DNA of 64,000 nt from an uncultured Clostridia bacterium (GTDB taxonomy: Bacteria; Bacillota; Clostridia; TANB77; CAG-508): positions 3,637 through 67,636 of the forward strand of contig CAKOUO010000006.1 of NCBI GenBank assembly GCA_934120645.1, given 5' to 3'. The notes beneath the pieces were generated by a model that made no database searches, was not told the origin of the DNA, and was given only the letters and a program-made list of their open reading frames with translations. The position numbers were made by a program, and so were the translations under genes. Below are positions 19,282 through 30,766 of this stretch, in pieces; positions within the stretch are counted from its first letter, which is position 1, and every line of letters begins with the position of its first letter.

Positions 19282-20160
19282 ATGGTTACAGCAAGTTTAG
19301 TAAAAGAATTAAGAGAAAAAACAGGAGCAGGAATGATGGACTGCAAAAAAGTTTTAACAGAAACTGATGGAGATATGGAAAAAGCAATGGATTTACTAAG
19401 AGAAAGAGGAATTGCAAAAGCAGCTAAAAAATCAGGAAGAGTTGCAGCAGAAGGATTAGTAGAAGCTTATATTTCAGAAGATGGAAAAAAAGGTGCTGTT
19501 GTAGAAGTTAATTCTGAAACAGACTTTGTTGCTAAAAACGAAGAATTTAAAACATTTGTTATGAATGTAGCAAAACAAATAGTAGATACAAACCCAGCAG
19601 ATGTTGAAGCATTATTAGCTCAACCAGCAGAATTCGAAGCTGGAAAAACAGTTCAAGAAGCTTTAGTTGGAAAAATAGCAACAATAGGAGAAAACTTATC
19701 AATCAGAAGATTTGTAAGATTTGAATCAACAGGATTAGTAGCAAAATATATACATGGTGATGGAAAAATAGCTGTATTAGTTAATATGTCAAAAGGAACA
19801 GAAGAAGTTGCTAAAGATATTTGTATGCAAATTGCAGCTGCTAGACCAGAATATGTAAGAAAAGAAGAAGTTCCACAAGAAAGAGTAGACAAAGAAATGG
19901 AAATTCTAAAAATTCAAACAATGAATGAAGGAAAACCAGAAGCAATAGCTGAAAAAATAGTTCAAGGTAGAATTGGAAAATTCTATGAAGAAATTTGTTT
20001 AGTAGATCAAGCTTTTGTTAAAGATCCAAGCAAAAAAGTATCTCAATTATTAGCTGAAACAGATAGCGATGTTGTAGCATTTGCTAGATTAGAAAAAGGT
20101 GAAGGAATTGAGAAAAAAGAAGAAAACTTTGCAGAAGAAGTTATGAACCAATTAAAATAA
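19282..20160 (+). CDS. tsf: translation elongation factor Ts
   Basis: VKELREKTGAGMMDCKKVL, and a later SETDFVAKNEEF segment. Confidence 0.95.
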   Translation: MVTASLVKELREKTGAGMMDCKKVLTETDGDMEKAMDLLRERGIAKAAKKSGRVAAEGLVEAYISEDGKKGAVVEVNSETDFVAKNEEFKTFVMNVAKQIVDTNPADVEALLAQPAEFEAGKTVQEALVGKIATIGENLSIRRFVRFESTGLVAKYIHGDGKIAVLVNMSKGTEEVAKDICMQIAAARPEYVRKEEVPQERVDKEMEILKIQTMNEGKPEAIAEKIVQGRIGKFYEEICLVDQAFVKDPSKKVSQLLAETDSDVVAFARLEKGEGIEKKEENFAEEVMNQLK

Positions 20161-20213
20161 ACAAACTTATAAAAAATAAAAAATAGGGTAAATTATAAAA
20201 AAGGAGAAAATCT

Positions 20214-21056
20214 ATGTTAGTAGAAATTATCAAATTTATAATTTACTCTATTTTTATAGTTTTAATATCAAAATATATATTAGTAACAACTTTAAGAAAA
20301 TTAGCAGAAAGTTTGAATCTAAAAGCAAAAACAGTAGGAGATATAGCAGGATATGCAACATCAATACCAGAATTTTTAACAATAACAACATCTAGCCTTA
20401 GGGGATTAGTTGGAGCAAGTGTATATAATATAATAAGTTCTAATATAATAAATTTAATACAATATATTGGAGCAATAATTTTAAATAAAAATACGCAAAG
20501 ATTAAAAAACAAAGCAATTATAACAGATTTAGTATTAGTAATATTAACAATTATAATTCCAATAATATTAATAGTATTTAAAATTAGATTAAATTTAGCA
20601 ATAGTCCCAATATTTATAATACTATATTTGGCATTTATATATATAAATAGTAATGTCCATAAATTGTACTTGCAAAAAGAAGATAAAGAAATAGAAGAAG
20701 AATTTGAAAATGAGAAAAAAGTAGAAAGAGGAAATAAATTAAATTCATTAAAATATATAGCGTATTTAATTATAACAGGAATATTATTATATTTTATAGG
20801 AGAAGCATTAGGAAATACACTAGAAAATTTATGTAATTTATTTAATGTACCACAAATAATAATAGGAATACTTTTAGGATTTACAACAAGTATACCAGAA
20901 TTATTAACATTTTTTGAAGCACAAAAACACCACAAAAAAGCAGAAGATGATATGCTTGGAGTTGTTGAAGCAACAAATAATTTATTAACATCTAATATAT
21001 TAAATCTATTTATAATTCAAACAATAGGAATAATTATAATTAGTATAGTACAATAA
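20214..21056 (+). CDS. sodium/calcium exchanger (CaCA) family membrane protein
   Basis: Two alpha-repeat signatures, GYATSIPEFL and GFTTSIPELL, in a polytopic protein. Confidence 0.6.
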   Translation: MLVEIIKFIIYSIFIVLISKYILVTTLRKLAESLNLKAKTVGDIAGYATSIPEFLTITTSSLRGLVGASVYNIISSNIINLIQYIGAIILNKNTQRLKNKAIITDLVLVILTIIIPIILIVFKIRLNLAIVPIFIILYLAFIYINSNVHKLYLQKEDKEIEEEFENEKKVERGNKLNSLKYIAYLIITGILLYFIGEALGNTLENLCNLFNVPQIIIGILLGFTTSIPELLTFFEAQKHHKKAEDDMLGVVEATNNLLTSNILNLFIIQTIGIIIISIVQ

Positions 21057-21133
21057 TTTAATAAAAATATTGACAAATTATTAATAATGTAATAAATTAT
21101 AAAAAAACAAAAGAATTATAAAGGAGAAGTAAA

Positions 21134-21487
21134 ATGGAAAAAAATACAGAATACGAAGAAGAATTTAATACTATAAAAAGATATTTAGCATTAAAACCTG
21201 AAAGTACAAAAGTTGAAGTTAGTTACTATACACAAGTTTCACTACCAATAATAGATGAATTGATAGAAAAAGAAAGATTGGAACAAAAAAATGGATATTT
21301 AGTACTAGCAAGAAAACGTAGTATGACAGAGGAAAAAAGAAGAAAGCTTATAGAAGGTCTTTCAGCATATAGAACAAAAAACGAACCTGAAAATCAAAAA
21401 TCAAAATTAGTAGAAGATTTGGAAAATAAATATGGAAGAAAATCTAATTATCAAATAGATGAGTTAGAAGAAGAGGAAGAAAGATAA
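21134..21487 (+). CDS. hypothetical protein
   Basis: Good SD (AAAGGAG). Charged 117-aa protein with no recognised motif. Confidence 0.35.
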   Translation: MEKNTEYEEEFNTIKRYLALKPESTKVEVSYYTQVSLPIIDELIEKERLEQKNGYLVLARKRSMTEEKRRKLIEGLSAYRTKNEPENQKSKLVEDLENKYGRKSNYQIDELEEEEER

Positions 21488-21519
21488 AACAGTGAATTTT
21501 ATTTAATTTACTGTTTTTT
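21487..21519 (+). terminator. intrinsic terminator
   Basis: Stem AAACAGTGAATT/AATTTACTGTTT followed by a T-run. Confidence 0.6.
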
Positions 21520-21595
21520 ATTATTGTAAAATCTTAAGTAATATTCACAGAAATTTTAAATAAGAATACTGTTCACAAAAAATTCACAAATATTT

Positions 21596-21622
21596 TTAGC
21601 AAAAGGTATTGACAAGTGCTAA
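21596..21622 (+). promoter_or_regulatory. CIRCE-like operator 1 overlapping the hrcA promoter -35
   Basis: TTAGCAAAA-N9-AAGTGCTAA. It contains TTGACA (21609-21614), and a TATAAT-like box lies at 21630-21635. Confidence 0.55.
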
Positions 21623-21646
21623 AAAAGGATATAATATATATGAAGA

Positions 21647-21673
21647 TTAGCAAACAAAACAAAAGAGTGCTAA
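21647..21673 (+). promoter_or_regulatory. CIRCE operator 2 (HrcA binding site)
   Basis: TTAGCAAAC-N9-GAGTGCTAA compared with consensus TTAGCACTC-N9-GAGTGCTAA. Lies 14 nt upstream of the hrcA ATG. Confidence 0.8.
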
Positions 21674-21686
21674 AAGAGGTGATAAG

Positions 21687-22697
21687 ATGCTAGATGATAG
21701 AAAAAAGAAAGTATTACAAGCTATTGTTGAACAATACATCAATACAGCAGAGCCAGTTAGTTCAAATGCATTAACAAATAATGAAGAATTAAAATATAGT
21801 AGTGCAACAATTAGAAATGAAATGGCAGACTTAGAAAAATCAGGATACTTAGAAAAAACACATACATCAAGCGGAAGAATACCTTCAGAAAAAGGATATA
21901 GATACTATGTAGATGAATTATTAAAAGATGATAATATTAGTCTAGAAGAAATCAAATATATAAGTGACAAATTAGAAACGAAAGTAAATGAAATAGAGGA
22001 CCTAACAAAATTAACAACAACTACAATATCAGAAATAACACATTATACAACATTAGCAATTGGACCTAGCACACAAAATCAATTAATAGAAGAAGTAAAA
22101 TTTGTATTATTAGGACCAAGAATGTTAATGGCAATAATTCTTACAAATACTGGAATGGTAAAAGAAACTATAATAAAATTTGATGAAGATATTTCTGAAA
22201 AACAAGTAGAAACAATAAATTATATGTTTAACAATAAATTAAAAGGTCAACCACTAGAAATTATAGATTTACCACTAGAAAAATACTTGATAAACGAAAT
22301 GAAATATAGTGTAAAGGTAATAAAACCAATAATTGAACAAATAAAGAAAGTAATTTCAGAAGATAGACAATTATATCTAGAAGGTGCAAATAAATCCTTT
22401 GATTTACCAGAATTTAATAGTTTAGAAGTTGCCAAAAAATTTGTTAATGTAATTGACGAAAAAGATTTAATGACAGATATATTAAATTCAGGATTTGCAA
22501 AAGATATAAATGTTTATATAGGTGACGAAAATGAAAAAGAAGAACTAAAAGATTTTAGTGTTATTACATTTAAACATAAGGTAGGAAACAAAGATTTAGG
22601 AACAATAGGAATTATAGGTCCAAAAAGAATGGATTACTCAAAAGTTATTTCAGTTATGAAATATATAAATAAAAAATTAAAAGATAAAGGAATGTAA
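21687..22697 (+). CDS. hrcA: heat-inducible transcription repressor HrcA
   Basis: MLDDRKKKVLQAIVEQYINTAEPVSSNAL. Operon context. Confidence 0.95.
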   Translation: MLDDRKKKVLQAIVEQYINTAEPVSSNALTNNEELKYSSATIRNEMADLEKSGYLEKTHTSSGRIPSEKGYRYYVDELLKDDNISLEEIKYISDKLETKVNEIEDLTKLTTTTISEITHYTTLAIGPSTQNQLIEEVKFVLLGPRMLMAIILTNTGMVKETIIKFDEDISEKQVETINYMFNNKLKGQPLEIIDLPLEKYLINEMKYSVKVIKPIIEQIKKVISEDRQLYLEGANKSFDLPEFNSLEVAKKFVNVIDEKDLMTDILNSGFAKDINVYIGDENEKEELKDFSVITFKHKVGNKDLGTIGIIGPKRMDYSKVISVMKYINKKLKDKGM

Positions 22698-22713
22698 AGA
22701 AAGAGGCGAGAAA

Positions 22714-23211
22714 ATGGCAGAAAAAGAAAATCAAGAAAAAAATGAAAAAGAAGAAAAAATAACACCAGAACAAGAAAAATTACAAGAAAAACAAAAAGAA
22801 CTAGATGATTTGACTGATAGATATAAAAGAATATTAGCAGAATTTGAAAATCATAAAAAAAGAAGTCAAAAAGAAAGAGAAGGATTATATAATTCAATAT
22901 TAGGAGATATAATAGAAGTTATACTTCCAATATTAGATAATCTAGAAAATGCAGCAAAAGTTGAAACAACAGATGAAAATTATAAAAAAGGAATTGAACT
23001 TGTATTAAAACAATTCCAAGATGTCCTTAAGTCAAAAGGAGTAGAAGAAATAAAAGCTCTTGGAGAAACTTTTGATCCAGAATTACATGAAGCCGTAAGT
23101 AGTGTGCAAGACGAAACAAAAGGAGAAAAAGAAATAGTCCAAGAATACAGAAAAGGCTACAAATTAGGACATAAAGTTATTAGACATTCTATGGTAGTCG
23201 TAGCAAATTAG
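22714..23211 (+). CDS. grpE: nucleotide exchange factor GrpE
   Basis: RILAEFENHKKRSQKE, FDPELHEAV, RHSMVVV. Confidence 0.9.
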   Translation: MAEKENQEKNEKEEKITPEQEKLQEKQKELDDLTDRYKRILAEFENHKKRSQKEREGLYNSILGDIIEVILPILDNLENAAKVETTDENYKKGIELVLKQFQDVLKSKGVEEIKALGETFDPELHEAVSSVQDETKGEKEIVQEYRKGYKLGHKVIRHSMVVVAN

Positions 23212-23225
23212 TTATCAAACTTTAA

Positions 23226-25190
<1,965 letters not shown>

Positions 25191-25311
25191 AATCGAATGA
25201 AAAACTTCGTCTTACTTCATTAAGTTACGAAAAAAATCTTTCGATATACAAAAAGTATTATCTTAAGATTTTTTTCTAGCTTACATAGTAATACTTGTTT
25301 TTGATTCAATT
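25191..25311. repeat. long imperfect palindrome in the dnaK-dnaJ spacer
   Basis: Left arm AATCGAATGAAAAAC...TAAGTTACGAAAAAAATCTT. Right arm AAGATTTTTTTCTAGCTTA...GTTTTTGATTCAATT. Arms of about 50 nt. Confidence 0.6.
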
Positions 25312-25380
25312 TAAAAATATTTATGCCATTCAAATAATTTGTATGGCAATGAACGAAACGAAGTGGAGTGAAAGAAGAAA

Positions 25381-26541
25381 ATGGCTAGTAAAAGAGATTA
25401 TTATGAGGTTCTAGGTGTTGATAAAAATGCAACAGATGATGAATTAAAAAAAGCATATAGGAAAATGGCAAAAAAATATCACCCAGATGCAAACCCAGAT
25501 AATAAAGAGGAAGCAGAAGCAAAATTTAAAGAAGTTAATGAAGCATATGAAACATTATCTAATCCACAAAAAAGAAAAATGTATGACCAATTTGGAACAG
25601 CTGACCCACAAGGATTTGGTGGAGCAGGAGGACCATTTGGAGGTGGAAGTTATACATATTCTACTTCTGGTTTTGATGGTTTTGGAGATTTTGGTGACTT
25701 GGGTGATATATTCTCATCATTCTTTGGTGGAGGTTTTGGTGGCAGACAATCTGCTAGAAAAAATAACGGACCAAGAAAAGGTGCTGATTTAAACTTAAGT
25801 ATGGATATCACTTTTGAAGAAGCATTTTTAGGTGTTGAAAAAGAAGTTGTAATAACAAGAAATGAAACATGTGAACATTGCCATGGAACAGGGGCAAAAC
25901 CGGGAACTAACCCAATAAAATGTCCAGATTGTAAAGGAACAGGGCAAGTTACACAAGTCCAAAATACAATTTTAGGTCAAGTTCAAACAACTAGAACTTG
26001 TGGAAAATGTCATGGAACAGGAGAGGTTATTACAGAGGTATGCGAAATTTGTAAAGGTAAAGGAACTGTAAGAAAACAACCAAAAATAAAAGTTAAAATT
26101 CCTGCTGGAATAGATGATAATCAAACAGTGGTATTAAGAGGAGAAGGAGAACCTGGAACAAAAGGTGGACCTAAAGGAGATTTATATATTACATTAAAAA
26201 TAAAAAGACATAGCATTTATTCTAGAAAAGGAAATAATGTATTATGTGATATTCCAATTACAATAACACAAGCAACATTAGGTGCTGAACTACAAATACC
26301 AATGGTAGATGGAAGTAAGGAAACATATAGAATTCCAGAAGGAACACAAACAGGAACTAAATTTACAATAAAAAATAAAGGATTTAAATATGTAAATTCT
26401 AGCTCACAAGGAGATTTTATATTTACTGTTCAAGTACAAACACCAAAAAGATTAACAAAAGAACAAAGAGATTTATTAACACAATTAGCAAAAACTATGA
26501 ATGAACAACCTCCTGTAAAAAAGAGAGGAATATTTGGATAA
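25381..26541 (+). CDS. dnaJ: molecular chaperone DnaJ
   Basis: J domain (DYYEVLGV...HPD), Gly/Phe-rich linker, four CxxCxGxG zinc motifs. Confidence 0.95.
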   Translation: MASKRDYYEVLGVDKNATDDELKKAYRKMAKKYHPDANPDNKEEAEAKFKEVNEAYETLSNPQKRKMYDQFGTADPQGFGGAGGPFGGGSYTYSTSGFDGFGDFGDLGDIFSSFFGGGFGGRQSARKNNGPRKGADLNLSMDITFEEAFLGVEKEVVITRNETCEHCHGTGAKPGTNPIKCPDCKGTGQVTQVQNTILGQVQTTRTCGKCHGTGEVITEVCEICKGKGTVRKQPKIKVKIPAGIDDNQTVVLRGEGEPGTKGGPKGDLYITLKIKRHSIYSRKGNNVLCDIPITITQATLGAELQIPMVDGSKETYRIPEGTQTGTKFTIKNKGFKYVNSSSQGDFIFTVQVQTPKRLTKEQRDLLTQLAKTMNEQPPVKKRGIFG

Positions 26542-26550
26542 AGTGAAAAA

Positions 26551-26587
26551 AATGGCAATAAGAAAATAATTATTGCCATTTTTTTTG
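26551..26587 (+). terminator. intrinsic terminator of the dnaK operon
   Basis: AATGGCAATA-loop-TATTGCCATT followed by TTTTTTT. Confidence 0.8.
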
Positions 26588-26686
26588 CATTAATATAGTG
26601 ACAGAAAAATTATACTTGTACTTTTTATATGGTTATGTTATAGTATAGTAAAAGTTTGACAAAAGAAAAAAAGGAGAAAAAATAAA

Positions 26687-28606
26687 ATGATAAACGCCAA
26701 ATCCCTTGCGGGAGTGTACGTACACACAGGTATTTTAAATAATAAAAAAGAAAATAAAGGAATCACATTAATAGCACTTGTTATAACAATAATAGTATTA
26801 CTAATTTTAGCAGGAATAAGTATACAAGCAATAACAAATACACAATTATTTGAAAAATCAAAAATAGCAAAAGAAGAAGATAAAAAAGCTCAAATAAAAG
26901 AATACTTAAATTTAAAATTAGTAGGAGAACAAACATCAAGCTATGATAAAGAAAAAACAGTAATAATAGAAAATACAAGAAAAGAAGTAAAAGAAGAAGA
27001 ACTAAAAAAATATGGAAAAGATATAGAAATAAAAAATATAGAAAAAAATAACGAAGAAGTATACTTCTATGTAATAATAGATAATGAAGCATATAAAGTA
27101 AGTTTAAAAGGTGCGGAATACATAGGAAAAAGAAATACTAATAATATTGAATTAGCAAAAGGTGATATAGAATTTATATATAACCCAACAGATTGGACAA
27201 ATGGAAAAGTAAAAGTAGAAATAAAAGCAAATAAAAATATAGATGGATATAGTCTAGAATATAAAACAAAAGACAATAATACATGGACAAAATACATAAA
27301 GGAATTAGAAGTAGATAAAAATCAAGATATATATGCAAGGTTGTCGGGCGTATTAGGGCAAACAGTAGTAGCAACAGGAACAATAGCAAATATAGATAGG
27401 TTAAAACCAAAAGAGTTTACACCAAAGGTTACAGTAACAACAAATAGTATAACAATAGAAGCAACTACAACAGACCAAGAAAAAACTAGTGATGATGAAT
27501 GTAGTGGAATTGCTGGTTATAGATTTAGCAAAGATAACGGAGTAAATTGGACAGATTGGCAAACAAGTGGAAATTATACATTTAATGGATTGACACACCA
27601 AACTAATTATCAAATAAAAATACAAGTAAAAGACAATGCACAAAATATTATTACAGTTGATACTAATGGAAAAACAGAAACACTAAAATATACAGTAGTA
27701 TTTAATGGAAATGGAGCAACTTCAGGAAATACACAATCACAAGTATTTATATATGGAACAACAGAAAACTTAAATCAAAATGGATTTATACGAAATGGAT
27801 ATGTATTTAAAGGATGGTCAACAAGTCAAACAGGAGAAAAAGTATATTCTGATAAGGAAAATATATCAGTAACAAATAATATGACATTATATGCAGTTTG
27901 GGAACAGATAAAGATTTCATTAAATACACAGTCTGCAGAAATTTTAGCAGGAAATACATATCAATTAACTGCAACAGTAAATCCATATGAAGCAAGAAAT
28001 ACAGCGTTAACTTGGGCAAGTAGTGATAATTCAACAGCAACAGTTAATGAATATGGATTAGTTACAGGAAAATCTTGCGGAATTACAACAATAACAGTTA
28101 CAAATGGAACTTATACTGCAACAGCAACTATTAGAGTTAATGAATATTTACAATATTATGGTGATTTAAAAAATTCAAAAACAGGAGGATTTTCTATATA
28201 TAGAAATGGAACAAATTCAACATACGATGAGCAAGGTACTTCAAATGGTTTATATGCTACTGTGAATGTTCAAGGATATACAGCAGCATATGTATCTAAT
28301 AATAAAGTAGATTTATCAAAAGTATCAACATTAGTATTCGGATATGGAATGTCAGAAAATTATGTAGGATTAACATTATATTTAAAAACAGGAGTTACAA
28401 ATAATAAAAATGCTGATGATGATTTTATAATTGCAGATGGACTTTATAAAAAAATGACAGAAACATATAAAGAAGAAAGAGGAGAAATAAATGTATGGGT
28501 AGGAAATGTTTCAAGTGCTTATCTAAAAGTATATATGTGGCGTGGATATGAACATCATGATTTTTCATTTTTTAATACTAATTACTATATATTAGCAAAA
28601 CCATAA
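26687..28606 (+). CDS. large surface protein with prepilin-type N-terminus lacking Glu5 (paralog P2); FN3-like, Listeria-Bacteroides repeat and Big_2 domains
   Basis: ...NNKKENKG|ITLIALVITIIVLLILAGI. FN3-like region at about aa 240-325. YTVVFNGNGATSG...NGYVFKGWST...MTLYAVW (Flg_new type, nt ~27686-27904). Big_2-like LAGNTYQLTATVNP...LTWASSDNSTATVNEYGLVTGKSCGITTITV (nt ~27911-28138). Confidence 0.65.
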   Translation: MINAKSLAGVYVHTGILNNKKENKGITLIALVITIIVLLILAGISIQAITNTQLFEKSKIAKEEDKKAQIKEYLNLKLVGEQTSSYDKEKTVIIENTRKEVKEEELKKYGKDIEIKNIEKNNEEVYFYVIIDNEAYKVSLKGAEYIGKRNTNNIELAKGDIEFIYNPTDWTNGKVKVEIKANKNIDGYSLEYKTKDNNTWTKYIKELEVDKNQDIYARLSGVLGQTVVATGTIANIDRLKPKEFTPKVTVTTNSITIEATTTDQEKTSDDECSGIAGYRFSKDNGVNWTDWQTSGNYTFNGLTHQTNYQIKIQVKDNAQNIITVDTNGKTETLKYTVVFNGNGATSGNTQSQVFIYGTTENLNQNGFIRNGYVFKGWSTSQTGEKVYSDKENISVTNNMTLYAVWEQIKISLNTQSAEILAGNTYQLTATVNPYEARNTALTWASSDNSTATVNEYGLVTGKSCGITTITVTNGTYTATATIRVNEYLQYYGDLKNSKTGGFSIYRNGTNSTYDEQGTSNGLYATVNVQGYTAAYVSNNKVDLSKVSTLVFGYGMSENYVGLTLYLKTGVTNNKNADDDFIIADGLYKKMTETYKEERGEINVWVGNVSSAYLKVYMWRGYEHHDFSFFNTNYYILAKP

Positions 28607-28616
28607 TAAAGAATAT

Positions 28617-28659
28617 AAAAAACTTCTTATAAAAGTAAAATTTTATAAGAAGTTTTTTT
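28617..28659 (+). terminator. intrinsic terminator after P2
   Basis: AAAAAACTTCTTATAAAA...TTTTATAAGAAGTTTTTT. Confidence 0.75.
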
Positions 28660-28764
28660 GATAATTTAAATTTTATTTTTTTCTTAAAATTCAATATAAA
28701 ACTAGACAGAATAACAAAAAATATATATAATATACAAAAGAAAAACTAGATAAAAGGTGAAAAA

Positions 28765-29241
28765 ATGAAAAAAAAGAAAGTATTATTCATATCAAGTACA
28801 GGAGGGCATTTAAACGAATTAATGCAATTATCTCCACTATTTGAAAAATATGATTATAATATAATAACAGAAAAAGACAAAGCAAATGAAAATTTAAAAG
28901 AAAAATATGGAAAAAGACTATATTTTTTACCATATGGAACAAGAGCAAAGCTATTTACATATATATTTAAATATTTTTATTTATGTCTAAAAACAGTATA
29001 TTTATACTTTAAAATAAGACCAAAAGCAATTGTAACAACAGGAACACACACAGCAGGACCTATGTGCATTTTAGGAAAAATATTTGGAAGCAAAATAATA
29101 TATATAGAAACATTTGCAAACAGAAATAAAAAAACTGCAACAGGAAGATTACTATATCCAATTGCTGATTTATTTATAGTTCAATGGAAAGAAATGTTAG
29201 AATTATACCCAAAAGCAGTATATGGAGGTTCGATTTATTAA
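28765..29241 (+). CDS. Alg14-like glycosyltransferase membrane subunit (PssD/Cps14F type)
   Basis: VLFISSTGGHLNEL..., TTGTHTAGP, ETFAN. Confidence 0.75.
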   Translation: MKKKKVLFISSTGGHLNELMQLSPLFEKYDYNIITEKDKANENLKEKYGKRLYFLPYGTRAKLFTYIFKYFYLCLKTVYLYFKIRPKAIVTTGTHTAGPMCILGKIFGSKIIYIETFANRNKKTATGRLLYPIADLFIVQWKEMLELYPKAVYGGSIY

Positions 29242-29714
29242 TGATATTAGTATTATTAGGAACACAAAATAATAGTTTTCATAGATTATTAGAAGAAATA
29301 GAAAAGAATATAGAAGATGGAACAATAAAAGAAGAAGTAATTGCACAAGTAGGTTACACAAAATTTGAATCAAAAAACATGAAAATATTTGATTTAATTC
29401 CAAAGGAAAAACTAGAAAAATTACAAGAAGAAGCTAACTTAATAATTACTCATGGAGGAGTAGGGTCAATTATTTCCTCAATAGAAAAAGGAAAAAAAGT
29501 AATAGCAGTACCACGTTTACATGAATACGAAGAACATGTAAATAATCATCAAAAAGAAATTGTAAAAGATTTTAATGATAAAGGCTATATAATAGGAATT
29601 GAAAATGTAGAAGATTTAAAAGAAGCTATAATAAAATCAAAAGATTTTACACCAAAAGAGTATAAACATAACAATGAAAAAATGTTGAAAATAATAGAAG
29701 AATTTATAGGATAG
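29241..29714 (+). CDS. Alg13-like glycosyltransferase catalytic subunit (PssE/Cps14G type, GT28 C-terminal domain)
   Basis: MILVLLGTQ..., ITHGGVGSI. The start overlaps the upstream stop (TAATG). The track start at 29184 is rejected. Confidence 0.75.
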   Translation: MILVLLGTQNNSFHRLLEEIEKNIEDGTIKEEVIAQVGYTKFESKNMKIFDLIPKEKLEKLQEEANLIITHGGVGSIISSIEKGKKVIAVPRLHEYEEHVNNHQKEIVKDFNDKGYIIGIENVEDLKEAIIKSKDFTPKEYKHNNEKMLKIIEEFIG

Positions 29715-29717
29715 AGA

Positions 29718-30716
29718 GTGGATAATATGCAAGAAAAAATAGATGTTTTAATGGCAACTTACAATGGAGAAAAATATTTAAAAGAACAAATAGACAGTAT
29801 ACTAAATCAAACATATAAAAATATACAAATAATCATTTCAGATGATTGCTCAACAGATAGTACACGTGAAATATTAAAACAATATGAACAAAATGAAAAA
29901 ATAAAAATATATTATCAAGAAAAAAATTTAGGATATATAAAAAATTTTGAATTTTTATTAAGAAATGTAGAAAATAACATATATATGTTATCAGACCAAG
30001 ATGATGTTTGGAAAGAACAAAAAATAGAAAAATCAGTAGAAAAATTAAAAAACGAAAATTTAGATTTAGTATTTGGAGACTTAGAAGTAGTTGATGAAAA
30101 TTTAAATACATTATATGGCTCATTTAATAAATTCATGAAATTAGATAGAAAAATAGAAAAATATATAGATAGTTATAAATTACAATATTTATATAATTGC
30201 ATTACAGGATGTACTATAATATCAAGAAAAAAACTAATAGACAAGATTTTACCACTTCCAAATAATTCAAAATATATGGTACATGATTATTGGATGGGAC
30301 TAATGGTTGCATTAAATGGAAAAATTGGATACATAAAAGAAACATATATAAAATATAGACAACATGGAAATAATCAAGTAGGAATTGAAAAAAAATCTCA
30401 CAAATTTAAAGAACTAGAACAAGTAAGAAATTTATTTATAGAAGTAAAATTAGGAATATTCACAGCATATGTGCAAAATGAGGATAAATTCCCAGAAAAA
30501 CTAAAAAAACAAAATAAAAAAGCTTTAGAATATTACCAAATGTTAAAAAATAAAAAGAATTTTAATTTTAGAGGATGGAATATATTTTATAAATTATATA
30601 AAACAGAAACATTTATGTATTTTGTTGAGAATTTTGCAATATTAAATTTACCATTTTTAACAAAAATAATATTTTCTATAAGATATCAAATATTAAAATT
30701 ATTAGGAAAAAGATAA
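29718..30716 (+). CDS. family 2 glycosyltransferase
   Basis: IDVLMATYNGEKYLKEQIDSILNQTY...IIISDDCSTDST...LSDQDDVW. An alternative ATG start at 29727 is possible. Confidence 0.8.
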   Translation: MDNMQEKIDVLMATYNGEKYLKEQIDSILNQTYKNIQIIISDDCSTDSTREILKQYEQNEKIKIYYQEKNLGYIKNFEFLLRNVENNIYMLSDQDDVWKEQKIEKSVEKLKNENLDLVFGDLEVVDENLNTLYGSFNKFMKLDRKIEKYIDSYKLQYLYNCITGCTIISRKKLIDKILPLPNNSKYMVHDYWMGLMVALNGKIGYIKETYIKYRQHGNNQVGIEKKSHKFKELEQVRNLFIEVKLGIFTAYVQNEDKFPEKLKKQNKKALEYYQMLKNKKNFNFRGWNIFYKLYKTETFMYFVENFAILNLPFLTKIIFSIRYQILKLLGKR

Positions 30717-30725
30717 TAATACTTT

Positions 30726-30750
30726 AAGACCATAAATAAAATGGTCTTTT
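30726..30750 (+). terminator. weak hairpin/attenuator directly upstream of ruvB
   Basis: AAGACCAT-AAATAAA-ATGGTCTT then TT. It abuts the ruvB SD. Confidence 0.4.
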
Positions 30751-30766
30751 AAAAGGAGTTATAAAT

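Noticed and set aside
20243-20935. 230-aa minus-strand ORF
   Set aside because: It lies entirely antisense to the CaCA-family membrane protein gene, has no SD, and has antisense-type composition.
25487-25792. 101-aa ORF in an alternative frame of dnaJ (similar alternative-frame ORFs occur inside mreB at 60540..60782 and 60873..61064)
   Set aside because: These ORFs are embedded in highly conserved genes. They have no SD and give arbitrary basic or low-complexity translations.
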